Source: Bdellovibrionales bacterium
Lineage (GTDB): Bacteria; Bdellovibrionota; Bdellovibrionia; Bdellovibrionales; Bdellovibrionaceae
DNA length: 64,000 nt
Direction: 5' to 3'
Assembly (NCBI GenBank): GCA_031370005.1
Contig: JANMPT010000024.1
Location: 64,001-128,000 of the forward strand
In this document: in pieces, positions 29,001 through 36,743 of the stretch
How the letters are laid out: every line of letters starts with the position of its first letter
Position numbering within the stretch: position 1 is the first letter of the stretch
Translations under genes and position numbers: made by a program
Notes under the pieces: model-generated
Told to the model about the DNA's origin: nothing
The model's input: the letters and a program-made list of their open reading frames with translations, nothing else
The model's database searches: none

Positions 29001-31780
29001 TAAAGAACGCGGATAATGGCATCGCAAGAGAGCCAGGCGTGATAAGGTAACAAGACCAAAGAAAGCGCCGTGTGCTGTATTCCCTGAAAAAGATCTGTAA
29101 AGGTGAATTGGAGATGCTCCAATACATGTACACTTCTTTTTTTTGAATAAAGATCAGCAACAAAAGTAATCAAGGTGGGCGTGGCTAAGGCTATTAATGT
29201 GAAGAGTCCCCAAACCCAGGCGCTGCGTAGCGGGGTTGTTAAAGCAAATATCAAAAGAAAAAACGCCGCAGGTTGAAACAAAGAGCGACGTAGGTTATCG
29301 GCCATCTTCCAGCGCCCGACGATAGAGATTGTGTTCCCTCCGCGCCCAATAATCCAAGGCAGCAGCTGCCAGTCGCCGCGAGTCCAGCGATGGGTCCTCA
29401 GTGCAGAGACCAAGGAGTGACATGGGAAGTCCTCAAAGAACTCGACATCGCTAAGAAACCCACAACGAGCATAGCTTCCTTCGAATAAATCATGACTCAA
29501 AAGAGAATTTTCAGGGATGCGTTTTTCGAGGGCTTTCTCAAAAATGCGAAGATTGTAAATACCTTTGCCAGTATAAGAACCCTCGTCGAAAAGATCTTGA
29601 TAAACATCCGAGACTGCAGAAGCATAGGGGTCGACGCCGGAGGGTCCTGACGAAAGGGATTGAAAGAGAGTGCCCTCGCGGGAGGTTGGCAGGGTTGGGG
29701 TGATTCGCGGTTGTAAAATTCCGTATCCCTCAGTGACTCGTCCTTTACTGATATCATAGTGGGCTTCGTTCAGAGGGTGCGCCATGGTACCGACAAGTTG
29801 GGCTACACTGCCTTTGGGCATTTTGGTATCTGCATCTAGCGTGATGACATAGCGGACGTCCTCGGGTACTTCAATTTGAGATCCCGGCAATGGAATGTAA
29901 CTTGTATTCTGAGCGCCCAATAAAAGTCGATTAAACTCATGGAGCTTGCCGCGTTTTCTTTCCCAAGCAATCCATTTTTCCTCTTGTGGGTTGTACTGGC
30001 GTTTTCGATGAAAAATATGAAATCTTGAATGCCCATCTGGTGCTGGCGGGTATTTTTCGTTAAGTGTTTTGAGCCTTTCGGCAGCTAGTTGCAGGAGGGG
30101 TTGGTCACTGGGAAGCTGTTCTGTTTGGGCATCCACCCAGTCAGTTAGTAAGGCAAAGTGTACATACCCTTCGGGGTTTGCCAAATAGTGAATTTCTAAT
30201 TGCTCCAATTGGGAACTGATCGCATCTAGATTATTTAAAAATGTTGGCACGACCACAAAGGTTTTCAAGTTTATAGGAATACCTTTTTCAAGATCAATGC
30301 GCGGTAGATGTTTGGGGCCAAGCAAAGCCACTGTGATGCGATTGACAATGGCCGCTCCTATTTCTGAAGCCACCACGAGACCCAAGATAAAAAACACATA
30401 CATCTCGATTTGGCTGAGGCCGAGCTGCCGCGTTGCTAAGGTCGGCAGGGATAAGATTAAAAAACTTAAAAAAACAATTCCACCGATATATAATTCGGTG
30501 CTGCTTTCAAGATAGCCTCGGCTCAGGTTTTCAATCCAAGGCAGACGAAATTGAATTTCTTTTTCGAGAATTTTTCGCCCCTTAGAGATGAGATAGTAAC
30601 CAAGTTCTGAGGCTCGTTGGTCGTGCTGTTTTTTTTGATTTCCGTCTTTTTTTTCACTCAACAGAAGAAGCTTATTGGCAATCTCGATTTGCGAATATGG
30701 CGAGTGGAGGGCTAAGGCCTCCAGACTGTGGCGATAACGATCTCTGGTAGCAAAATCCAATGTTGGATAGATGGTATTTTTTCTGAGCACAAGATCAACA
30801 AGGCTGACCTCCTCAAAGAAATCTTGCCAGTTAAATGCTGAAATAAGACGGGCACTGGTGATAATGTTTCGGACCGAGGCATTGGCGGCCGTCTGTCGGG
30901 CGTGCTCGATGCTTACGGCGGTGTCGGGAGTCAGGGATTCTTTTTCCAAGCGTTGGTCGATCCATTTTAAAAGCGGTTCAACTTTTTGATCTTGGAATCT
31001 CAACCTTTGTAAGAACTGCACTGAAAACCAAATGGTGAAAGAAATTTTCTCTAGTCCTTTGACGACCTCAAGAAGGGGCCGGGAAGGCTCGCTGCCAAGC
31101 CCCAGTACTTCATCAGCAATTTGGTCGGCCTGCTGTCGGGCTTGCTGCGAACCTACGATTCGAGCAGCAAGGCGACGAAGATTTTCGATGAGTACTACTC
31201 GCAAGGTGATGGGGATAGCCCAGAGTTCGCCAATAGTAAGTGGCTGTACTTTTTGGTAGGCAAGTAAGAATCGCTTAAGAGATTCGGCATCAAAGTGGCT
31301 ATCCGTATGGGCCACAAAAAACCAGGCGATCGCATAAACTCGGGGATAGTTTTTGTGCGGTCCTGCGGCAAGTTTTGGAAGTTCCTGGTAATATTCCGGG
31401 GGCAAAAGATCGCGGATATCTTTGAGTTGGGTGCGTACAATATGAAAATTGTCTATTAACCACTCTGCTGCCGGAGTAATTGCGCGACGCTCGTCGACGG
31501 CAAGGAGGAGATGTTGATAGGCTTTTTCCAGCAGACGTTGATTGGCAGTGATACGTTGCCCAAGATGCTGTCCTTTTCGTGGGTGCTTTGAGACTATGTG
31601 GTATTGAGCCAGCGCTTCTGCCTGGCTTTCTAAGCGGGCAGCGCTAAAAATCTCGGAGCGAACAGGCTTCTGAAAAACCTGAAAGTCATCATCAATTTTT
31701 CTCATATTTTTAAAAAAAGAACTAGAAAATACCTGCACTAACTTCTCCAATGAATTTCTCGAGAGACTGACAGATTTCAC
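22991..31780 (-). CDS. ndvB: Cyclic beta-1,2-glucan synthase (Cgs/NdvB/ChvB type; GT84 plus C-terminal GH94 phosphorylase)
   Basis: 2929 aa; WERKRGK, ITLDADT, SHDLFEG, RWTRGDWQ, DLLASEARL, WSGSMFEYLMP, QSGGAFGFRDQLQD, GDWNDG, ENGGQYTH. Confidence 0.93.
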   Translation of the reverse strand: MKSVSLSRNSLEKLVQVFSSSFFKNMRKIDDDFQVFQKPVRSEIFSAARLESQAEALAQYHIVSKHPRKGQHLGQRITANQRLLEKAYQHLLLAVDERRAITPAAEWLIDNFHIVRTQLKDIRDLLPPEYYQELPKLAAGPHKNYPRVYAIAWFFVAHTDSHFDAESLKRFLLAYQKVQPLTIGELWAIPITLRVVLIENLRRLAARIVGSQQARQQADQIADEVLGLGSEPSRPLLEVVKGLEKISFTIWFSVQFLQRLRFQDQKVEPLLKWIDQRLEKESLTPDTAVSIEHARQTAANASVRNIITSARLISAFNWQDFFEEVSLVDLVLRKNTIYPTLDFATRDRYRHSLEALALHSPYSQIEIANKLLLLSEKKDGNQKKQHDQRASELGYYLISKGRKILEKEIQFRLPWIENLSRGYLESSTELYIGGIVFLSFLILSLPTLATRQLGLSQIEMYVFFILGLVVASEIGAAIVNRITVALLGPKHLPRIDLEKGIPINLKTFVVVPTFLNNLDAISSQLEQLEIHYLANPEGYVHFALLTDWVDAQTEQLPSDQPLLQLAAERLKTLNEKYPPAPDGHSRFHIFHRKRQYNPQEEKWIAWERKRGKLHEFNRLLLGAQNTSYIPLPGSQIEVPEDVRYVITLDADTKMPKGSVAQLVGTMAHPLNEAHYDISKGRVTEGYGILQPRITPTLPTSREGTLFQSLSSGPSGVDPYASAVSDVYQDLFDEGSYTGKGIYNLRIFEKALEKRIPENSLLSHDLFEGSYARCGFLSDVEFFEDFPCHSLVSALRTHRWTRGDWQLLPWIIGRGGNTISIVGRWKMADNLRRSLFQPAAFFLLIFALTTPLRSAWVWGLFTLIALATPTLITFVADLYSKKRSVHVLEHLQFTFTDLFQGIQHTALSLVLLPYHAWLSCDAIIRVLYRLIISKKYLLEWTTAAQTKAAANLNIKGFFYEMRGALILTCLGILAVSILNPSGVFLGSLIFLAWLLSPFYAYVISCPLEEKTLRPMSDSDQKVLRLAGRRIWLFFSRFVKAEDHFLPPDNFQEEPNPVLAHRSSPTNFGLYLLSVFSARSFGWISLHDTIHHLSETLDSLQELPKYNGHFYNWYETTSLSPLDPKYISSVDNGNLAGHLIAVAQSFNHILTQKIDMASLCLGVRESLELLKQALPLEDDRLLAKVHDVEKTLELAKEIQADSSYWKSLKDQSAAIANQVVSSFKEPEDHEILTWAHEFHNNIVSLSADYQSLLSWSEFGKKSLPGINSQEILNVWARIQQKLSQDISLEMIPNHCGTLIEKILDLEKQSSNLTSEALLFIRNLLDRLEASVHAAKSLIAKAKCSQAISYKLFNDMDFRLLYDKNRKLFSIGYRVFEKALDPSYYDLLASEARLLSFIAIAKGDVSVSHWFCLGRSLTQVEKGSALVSWSGSMFEYLMPSLVMKTPEGGLIKKTCELIIQRQISYGKERAIPWGISESAYNKRDLHLTYQYSNFGIPDLALKRGLGANIVIAPYATLLAAMYEPSLAAKNLHDLKAIGACGTYGYYEAVDYTRSRVPTNRSFVLVRAYMAHHQGMSLVSLANVFNDGLFCRLFHNEPLVQATELLLQERTPRAVGVIPTSENHAQMFIREDVESLSRRYHSVHLPTPRTQILSNGNYSVMLTSAGSGYSHYQDLALTRWREDVTQDHWGSYIFIKDLERQKVWSATFQPLGTPPENYEVTFAEDRAIFRREEEKIKSELEVFVSPENNAEIRQLTLTNNSEFAREIEVTSYAEVVLNTPAADMAHPAFSNLFLQTEYLPETQALLAHRRPRSSKDHTLWAAHVIMTPNPLVGEAEYEIQYETDRAQFLGRGKTIREPQAIFNDQNLSQSVGAVLDPIFSLRARLRLEPGTATTIFFSTLVAESRSEILRLTESFHEPLTYERVSTLAWAQAQVKLQYLNIEPEEAHLFQRLATRLLYLDSSLRPSNAVLKHNNQDITHLWAQGISGDFPLIVVRIEDIDDRSVVRQLLKAQEYLALKRFVVDLVIINAKGSSYSQELQETLESMVHLGLSSPPPQIPLSRGKVFILREDMLPREQRLVIYAEARISLSAHHGSLSDQVNRMLQPSTSPALEAKSQRETKAPLLPRPELEFFNGIGGFTPDGREYVIILNNSSENTPAPWINVISNGIFGFQVSESGSGYTWSLNSRENQITPWSNDPISDPSGEVFYIYDLDSKCLWTPTALPIRVEEATYIARHGQGYSHFEHLSHDIHSTLTQFVPFDRSVKISSLRLENRSKQWRRLSLYAYVEWTLGFLRSSTAPHIVTEIDEKTGAIFATNVRSSDYGQRVSFASFLNHKQHVTGNRREFIGRNHKLDSPLGILSGEPLSEHVGAALDPCGAFQIDVQIGPEEILEVSFVLGQADSREEARALIFELQNQSSESLLKKVTQQWDEWLGQVQVETPDKAFNFMVNRWLPYQNLSCRCWARSAFYQSGGAFGFRDQLQDMMALVIVAPQMVRSHLLLAASRQFIEGDVQHWWHPPLGRGVRTHFSDDLLWLPFVTSHYLEASKDLSILDEEIAFIEGPTLRPDQEDSYYTPTISHQTATLYEHCARALDHSLATGIHGLPLIGSGDWNDGMNRVGKNGKGESVWLGWFLYLNLQQFSTLAQARGDSKRAEGWLQHAEQLKISLEREAWDGDWYRRAFYDDGTPIGSAANSECRIDSLAQTWAVISGAADPARALHGMQALDKILVRRQEQLILLFTPPFDKTPFDPGYIKGYIPGVRENGGQYTHAAAWCIIAWAMLGEGRQALELFNLINPIYHGLTPEAVMRYKIEPYVMAGDVYSEEPHTGRGGWSWYTGSSAWTYRAALEYILGFRLKGEELFLVPQISTNWASANLRYKYRKSVYEICIENPEPYSRGLQKIILDGKPLDSEAPIPLVDDGKIHKVVVTMNATS

Positions 31781-31876
31781 TCAGCAGGCTTTTAGCGGGG
31801 AGTATAGTATGGAAATGTCTTGATTGCTTCCGTATTGTTGGTAGATTATAAGATATACGTCCAGCCCTGACTGCGT

Positions 31877-32000
31877 TCACAAAATCATATCTATAATTTT
31901 TATTCTAAAATTGATACTATTATAACCTATTGATATAGTTATATTTATATTAAAAATATAATTATATATGTTCACATTTGTGAATTTAATACTAAATTTC
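31877..32000. promoter_or_regulatory. Very AT-rich divergent promoter region with palindrome TTCACATTTGTGAA
   Basis: Nearly pure A/T stretch; palindrome at 31971-31984 and a second GTTCACA at about 31875. Confidence 0.45.
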
Positions 32001-32076
32001 TTAAGGTCTTGATATCCTATTGTTGGATCCACTTCACTGAACGTAGAAATTTCGCGCAAGCGAAGGAGGAAGTAAA

Positions 32077-32937
32077 ATGGAAAAGAAAAATATGAATTTC
32101 AAAAGAGTTTCTATATTAACAACGGCTTTGGCTTTTTCAATCGCGACAGTTGGATGCGGCAAAAAGCAAGTAACATCTACTGTGTCTTCATCTTTGAGTA
32201 TGACGGCCGCCAATAAAACTGCGACCGTAGCGATGAAACCATCCTTGCTTGACCTATTGATGCCAAAGGCAATGGCTTTGATTCCATCGACAATCGTGGA
32301 TTCAACCGGCCTAAGTATTGCTCTTAATAGTTCATGGGTAGTGATCAAGGAAGTGGAATTTGAAGCAGCTGAGCTGCCGGGGGCTGGAGAAGTTGACGGC
32401 ACTGAGATTTCTTTTAAGGGCCCTTACTTTGTTGATATGCTCTCAAATGCACCTGCCGTGCTAGATAACCAAGCGATTCCGGCGGCACCATTTCAAAGAA
32501 TTAAAATGAAATTGGAAAAAGCCGGTGGCGCAGCAGTGCCTACGAGTGCTCCCGCGGCCCTTGCCACTAACAGTATCTATTTGTCGGGGGTTATCGGCAC
32601 GGGCTCTTCGGCAGTGAATTTCCAATATCAGTCTGACGATGGTACGGAATTGAACGTTGGTGGCCCGGCGGCGGTAACACCAGCAGACGGCGGACAAATT
32701 CTTGTTGAGATTAACTACTCTAATATTTTTAAACAGATCAACATGTCGAGTGTTTTAAATAATGAGTTGATCAGTTCGGCGAATCGTCATGCGGGGGCTC
32801 ATCTTTGTGATTCTATAAATCTTAGTGCCGGCGATATCTACACATGCATTCGCAAAGGCCTTGAGAAGAACGCAGATGTGGGTGAGGACAATGACCATAG
32901 TGACACTCTTGACGCAAATGAATCAAAAGTAAAATAA
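32077..32937 (+). CDS. Lipoprotein of unknown function (paralog A)
   Basis: SD AAGGAGG, lipobox TVGC, EVDGTEISFKGPYFVDML shared with 33816. Confidence 0.75.
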   Translation: MEKKNMNFKRVSILTTALAFSIATVGCGKKQVTSTVSSSLSMTAANKTATVAMKPSLLDLLMPKAMALIPSTIVDSTGLSIALNSSWVVIKEVEFEAAELPGAGEVDGTEISFKGPYFVDMLSNAPAVLDNQAIPAAPFQRIKMKLEKAGGAAVPTSAPAALATNSIYLSGVIGTGSSAVNFQYQSDDGTELNVGGPAAVTPADGGQILVEINYSNIFKQINMSSVLNNELISSANRHAGAHLCDSINLSAGDIYTCIRKGLEKNADVGEDNDHSDTLDANESKVK

Positions 32938-32949
32938 GTAGGTAGGAAA

Positions 32950-33813
32950 ATGACAGAGGCCAAAAAACTCAAAACAGTCATAGAGAACTCCCAACCCAAC
33001 GTCTTCGAATACGAAGACGTTGGGTCTTTTTTAAATGACTGGTTGGGATATTTAAAGGCTAATAAAAAAATGAGCCTTCGCCAAATCACCAGGGAATCTG
33101 AAATTTCCGCAGGCTATCTTTCTATGGTTTTAAGTGGCAAGCGACGACTCACCAAAAAGGCATTAGAAAAAATATTGATACACCTAAGGCTAAGTCAACA
33201 AGAACGTCGTTTTTTGGAGCTACTCCACACGGTCGGAGAGTCTGAATCGGCTCCAACGAGGGTTGAGGCCCTCAGTGAAATGGCTAGGCTGTCCGCCTTC
33301 AGAAGAGTGAATCAGAAAGAGCATGATACCTATAGATATCTGACTAAGTGGTACTATGTCGCAATTCGAGAAATGGTTTTACTTCCTGATTTTCAGGATA
33401 GCCCCCAATGGATTCAGGAAAGATTGCGTGGTAAAATAGGTCTCAGAGAGGTGACAGAGGCTCTGGAGTTTCTCGAAGAACGAGGTCTGATTGCACGCGA
33501 TGCCAACGGAAAAAGAACTCTTAACGCGCTTGATTTACAATGCAAGGAAGGGGTTTATAAAATTAGTTTGGGCGAGTTTCATCGCCAGGCTTTGGAAATG
33601 GCACACAAGTCCATCCATGAGGTTGCGCGTGATCGCCGGTACATATTGGGGCGCACAGTGGCAATTTCAAAGGCAGAGTTTTTACGAGCCAAAGAAATTT
33701 TTGATGAGGCCTTAAAAAAAATTGAAGTTCTAGGGCAAGGGGCAGATGTCTCAAAAGAGGTTTATCACTTTGAACTTGTTGCATTTCCTATGACAGAAAA
33801 ACAGGATGGTTAA
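32950..33813 (+). CDS. TIGR02147-family protein (HTH + DUF4423-like), putative regulator
   Basis: FEYED, SLRQI...GYLSMVLSGKRRLT HTH, WYYVAIREM, FHRQ. Confidence 0.85.
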   Translation: MTEAKKLKTVIENSQPNVFEYEDVGSFLNDWLGYLKANKKMSLRQITRESEISAGYLSMVLSGKRRLTKKALEKILIHLRLSQQERRFLELLHTVGESESAPTRVEALSEMARLSAFRRVNQKEHDTYRYLTKWYYVAIREMVLLPDFQDSPQWIQERLRGKIGLREVTEALEFLEERGLIARDANGKRTLNALDLQCKEGVYKISLGEFHRQALEMAHKSIHEVARDRRYILGRTVAISKAEFLRAKEIFDEALKKIEVLGQGADVSKEVYHFELVAFPMTEKQDG

Positions 33814-33815
33814 AA

Positions 33816-34652
33816 ATGAAAAAAGTCATTTTCTTAACAATACTAGTTTTGATTTCAGGTTGCGGGCCGAAAAATCAAGGTACCTCCACCGGGAATCCCT
33901 TGGTAAGTCTGTCCATGACATCTTCGGGGACTGCGACAACGGTGGCAAAATCTCTTTATGAGAGGCTCTTCTCATGGTTGGTGCCTAAAAGCGTGGCAAT
34001 GCCACCACCAGGCTCGATGGTGGACTCTGCAGGTAATACCATTATTATTTCAGATTTTTGGATTTCCTTAGGACAAATTGAATTTAAATATTTTGAATTT
34101 CCAGAGGCCAGCGAGGTTGATGGTAGCGAAGTGGAGTTTCAAGGTCCGTACACTATTGATATGCTAGCAAGTTCGCCCACACCCTTTTCAGCCGGAAATC
34201 TTGTTGTGAGTCAATTTAGACGGCTCAAGTACAAATTAAAAAAAGTTAGTTCACTTCCAACGACAGCGCCTGTGGCTTTGTCTGGCAATGCCATATTTAT
34301 TTCGGGGTCAGTGAATGGCAAGTCTTTCACTTTCAGAACGACCACAGAGATTGAAATGTCGGTGAGTGGTGCGAATCTCATCGGCGCCCAAAATAATGAC
34401 CGGCTTTTATTGCAAATCAAACTGGCCAATTTAATTAAAAAAATTGATTTCACTGCCATTATCTCGGCAACAAACACATCCATTGATGAAAGCAATAGAG
34501 TGAGTGTCAGCGGGACCCCTTGCCAGTTTATTAACTCGTCTGCCACCGAGCTCTATGTGTGCCTGATGAGTGGTTTTTCCTCCGAGGCCAACTTAGGGAA
34601 AGATCTTGACGGCAACGGGGAGCTGGAACCAACGGAACCAGCTGTAAAATAA
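33816..34652 (+). CDS. Lipoprotein of unknown function (paralog B)
   Basis: Lipobox ISGC, GTSTGNP, EVDGSEVEFQGPYTIDML, C-terminal DLDGNGELE. Confidence 0.75.
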   Translation: MKKVIFLTILVLISGCGPKNQGTSTGNPLVSLSMTSSGTATTVAKSLYERLFSWLVPKSVAMPPPGSMVDSAGNTIIISDFWISLGQIEFKYFEFPEASEVDGSEVEFQGPYTIDMLASSPTPFSAGNLVVSQFRRLKYKLKKVSSLPTTAPVALSGNAIFISGSVNGKSFTFRTTTEIEMSVSGANLIGAQNNDRLLLQIKLANLIKKIDFTAIISATNTSIDESNRVSVSGTPCQFINSSATELYVCLMSGFSSEANLGKDLDGNGELEPTEPAVK

Positions 34653-34665
34653 CTAATCCGATGCC

Positions 34666-35520
34666 TTATTGCCAGATATTTGGTATCGGAGTGGCAGTAG
34701 TATCCTGTTTTCCTAAGCTATCCAAGTTCCAATTATCCTCCATTAAGTTTAATAGAGAATAAAGATTCAATGAAGTTGAGATGATATTGGGTTTTACCGC
34801 AGGGCCGACGATACTTGCATAAATCTGATTTTTTGTGCTGACACCGCTCTCGTCAAAGCTTGTAATTAAGATGGTGTTTGTCATAAAACGTGAATCATTC
34901 AAATAGCCAGAAAATCTTTGCGCATACCATTTATCTGCATAAGCTACGTTCGTATCGTGCCCATCATTTTTTTCGTTTGGGATATAAAAGACGTAATTTG
35001 GAAGAGTGCCATTTTGAACATCATGATCAAACTGAGTTGCATTCGTGACATTCGCACAGCGTGTAGGATTTTTCTGAATATTCAAATAACTTATGAATGG
35101 ATTATGTTTTCGTGCATAGTTTCCACTGGCCCCGCCGGTAAAGCAATGATCAGGATAGTCTTCAGCGTATATTTTCCAAGTGAGCCCTTTGGCTTCAAGT
35201 AAGTCGGTAATATTGTTTACGTTTAGATCGATATTGCCATCATTCTTAACGCCATTAAGTGCGCCTGACGTGAGTGCAACGTAATTTCCTTGAGATGGAT
35301 GAGCGAGAGCCATGAAGTTAGAAAAATGTGCGCCCTTATCTGCGAGCTGCTTAAAAAATGGTTGTTTAATTGCATCCGAATAGTTCGTATTTTCAAATAG
35401 GACAAAAATAGCTCTATCAAAATACTTACCAGTTTGCGGGCTTGCAAAAGCTAATACTGGTGAGATGAGAAATGCGATACATGACAGTGTAAATGATCCC
35501 CTGTTCATTGATATACTCAT
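34666..35520 (-). CDS. Secreted phosphoesterase (acid phosphatase/phospholipase C-like, alkaline phosphatase superfamily)
   Basis: FENT, HPSQGNY, YARKHNPF, NDGHD, FDE motifs; start placed at ATG 35520, downstream of the promoter. Confidence 0.88.
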   Translation of the reverse strand: MSISMNRGSFTLSCIAFLISPVLAFASPQTGKYFDRAIFVLFENTNYSDAIKQPFFKQLADKGAHFSNFMALAHPSQGNYVALTSGALNGVKNDGNIDLNVNNITDLLEAKGLTWKIYAEDYPDHCFTGGASGNYARKHNPFISYLNIQKNPTRCANVTNATQFDHDVQNGTLPNYVFYIPNEKNDGHDTNVAYADKWYAQRFSGYLNDSRFMTNTILITSFDESGVSTKNQIYASIVGPAVKPNIISTSLNLYSLLNLMEDNWNLDSLGKQDTTATPIPNIWQ

Positions 35521-35536
35521 AGTACCCCCGGCCAAG

Positions 35537-35570
35537 ATTATAAGGGGGTAAGATGAACAGAAGATGAACA
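35537..35570 (-). promoter_or_regulatory. OmpR/PhoB-type tandem operator plus -10 box of the phosphoesterase gene
   Basis: Minus strand TGTTCAT-CTTC-TGTTCAT-N10-TATAAT. Confidence 0.7.
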
Positions 35571-35588
35571 GGAGATTCTTACTTAAAA

Positions 35589-35933
35589 CTAATTATTTGA
35601 ACTCTCTTTCGCATCTTCAAGGAGCTCTTTTTTTTCATCCGCAGCCGTCTCCACATGAACATCAAGAATTTTTCCGTTAAGGGCATCAACGTGAACTTCG
35701 TGTACGTTTTTGTCGCCTTTTGACTTCAAATCGAACGAATAGATCCAATGACCGTACTCGAACTCCAGCTCTTCCCCCAGAATTTTTCCGTGATAAGTGG
35801 CGATTGCCATTTCACGTGCTTTTTCAATCGGAATACGGTTTGTGGGAGGGGCCTCATTGGCTGTTGACAGATTTGGCGTACAGGCAAAAGCTACTAAAAC
35901 CATCCAGATTTTTCCATTAGTAATGTGTCGCAT
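35589..35933 (-). CDS. PepSY domain protein
   Basis: Signal peptide; AREMAIATYHGKILGEELE...YSFDL...VHVDALNGKIL. Confidence 0.88.
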   Translation of the reverse strand: MRHITNGKIWMVLVAFACTPNLSTANEAPPTNRIPIEKAREMAIATYHGKILGEELEFEYGHWIYSFDLKSKGDKNVHEVHVDALNGKILDVHVETAADEKKELLEDAKESSNN

Positions 35934-35959
35934 ATAATCTCCTTTGTTATTGAAATATC

Positions 35960-35993
35960 AGTATAGAACTGCAACATGAACACAGGATGAATG
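35960..35993 (-). promoter_or_regulatory. Second OmpR/PhoB-type tandem operator plus -10 box (PepSY gene)
   Basis: Minus strand CATTCAT-CCTG-TGTTCAT-N10-TATACT, same geometry as 35537-35570. Confidence 0.65.
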
Positions 35994-36077
35994 GACGTCC
36001 TAGGCCTGTGTGGTCTTGTAACTTACGGAAAGACGCTGTAAATCAGATGACAGAAATAAATAAATGAGGAAACGTCT

Positions 36078-36743
36078 ATGCGTTTATTAATTGTAGAAGA
36101 CCAGCCACTGATTGGAAAGGCCCTTAAAAAAGGCCTTACGGAAGAGGCTTTCGCAGTGGATTGGGTTACTAATCTGACCGATGGAATTCATTTGGCGAAT
36201 GAATTTGAATACGACACTTTGATTTTAGACCTCATGCTTCCCGATGGTTCTGGCTTAGTTCTTCTTGAGAAACTTAGAAAAAGCGGTCAAAAAATTCCGA
36301 TCCTAATTCTAACAGCGAAGGACACGATTCAAGATAAGATTCTTGGCTTTAGCATGGGAGGCGATGATTATCTGACAAAGCCATTTGTTTTCGAAGAGTT
36401 GCTATCCCGAGTGCGTGCTCTAACAAGAAGAAAATACCAATTCTATGGTGATGTATTAGAGGCAGGTGCTTTAAGGTTGAATCCTATTTCACGAACGGTG
36501 ACGTCTGCTGGCAAGCCATTAGCTCTCACTGCCATGGAGTTTGCCGTTCTGGAGTTTTTTCTTTTGCGCAAGTCTCATGTTCTTTCACGAAAGAAGATTG
36601 CTGAACACATTTACACTGAAGAGGCTGAGCAAGGTAGCAATGTAATTGATGTTTTTATTAACAAACTTCGGCGGAAGCTTGAGGCTGCTGAGGCGGGCTT
36701 ACTCATAGAGACTATACGTGGTGAAGGTTACGTGATTCGGTGA
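36078..36743 (+). CDS. OmpR-family response regulator
   Basis: VED, LDLMLPDGSG, GDDYLTKPF, wHTH ETIRGEGY. Confidence 0.95.
   Translation: MRLLIVEDQPLIGKALKKGLTEEAFAVDWVTNLTDGIHLANEFEYDTLILDLMLPDGSGLVLLEKLRKSGQKIPILILTAKDTIQDKILGFSMGGDDYLTKPFVFEELLSRVRALTRRKYQFYGDVLEAGALRLNPISRTVTSAGKPLALTAMEFAVLEFFLLRKSHVLSRKKIAEHIYTEEAEQGSNVIDVFINKLRRKLEAAEAGLLIETIRGEGYVIR

Noticed and set aside
31877..32000. AT-rich tract as a replication origin or CRISPR leader
   Set aside because: No DnaA-box cluster, repeat-spacer array, or cas/dnaA genes nearby
31877..32059. 60-aa minus-strand ORF
   Set aside because: Ile/Asn-rich product of an AT-rich promoter region; no SD or recognisable domain
32034..32402. 122-aa antisense ORF, representative of the many short shadow ORFs in the track
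   Set aside because: Lies opposite or within well-supported genes and has no motifs
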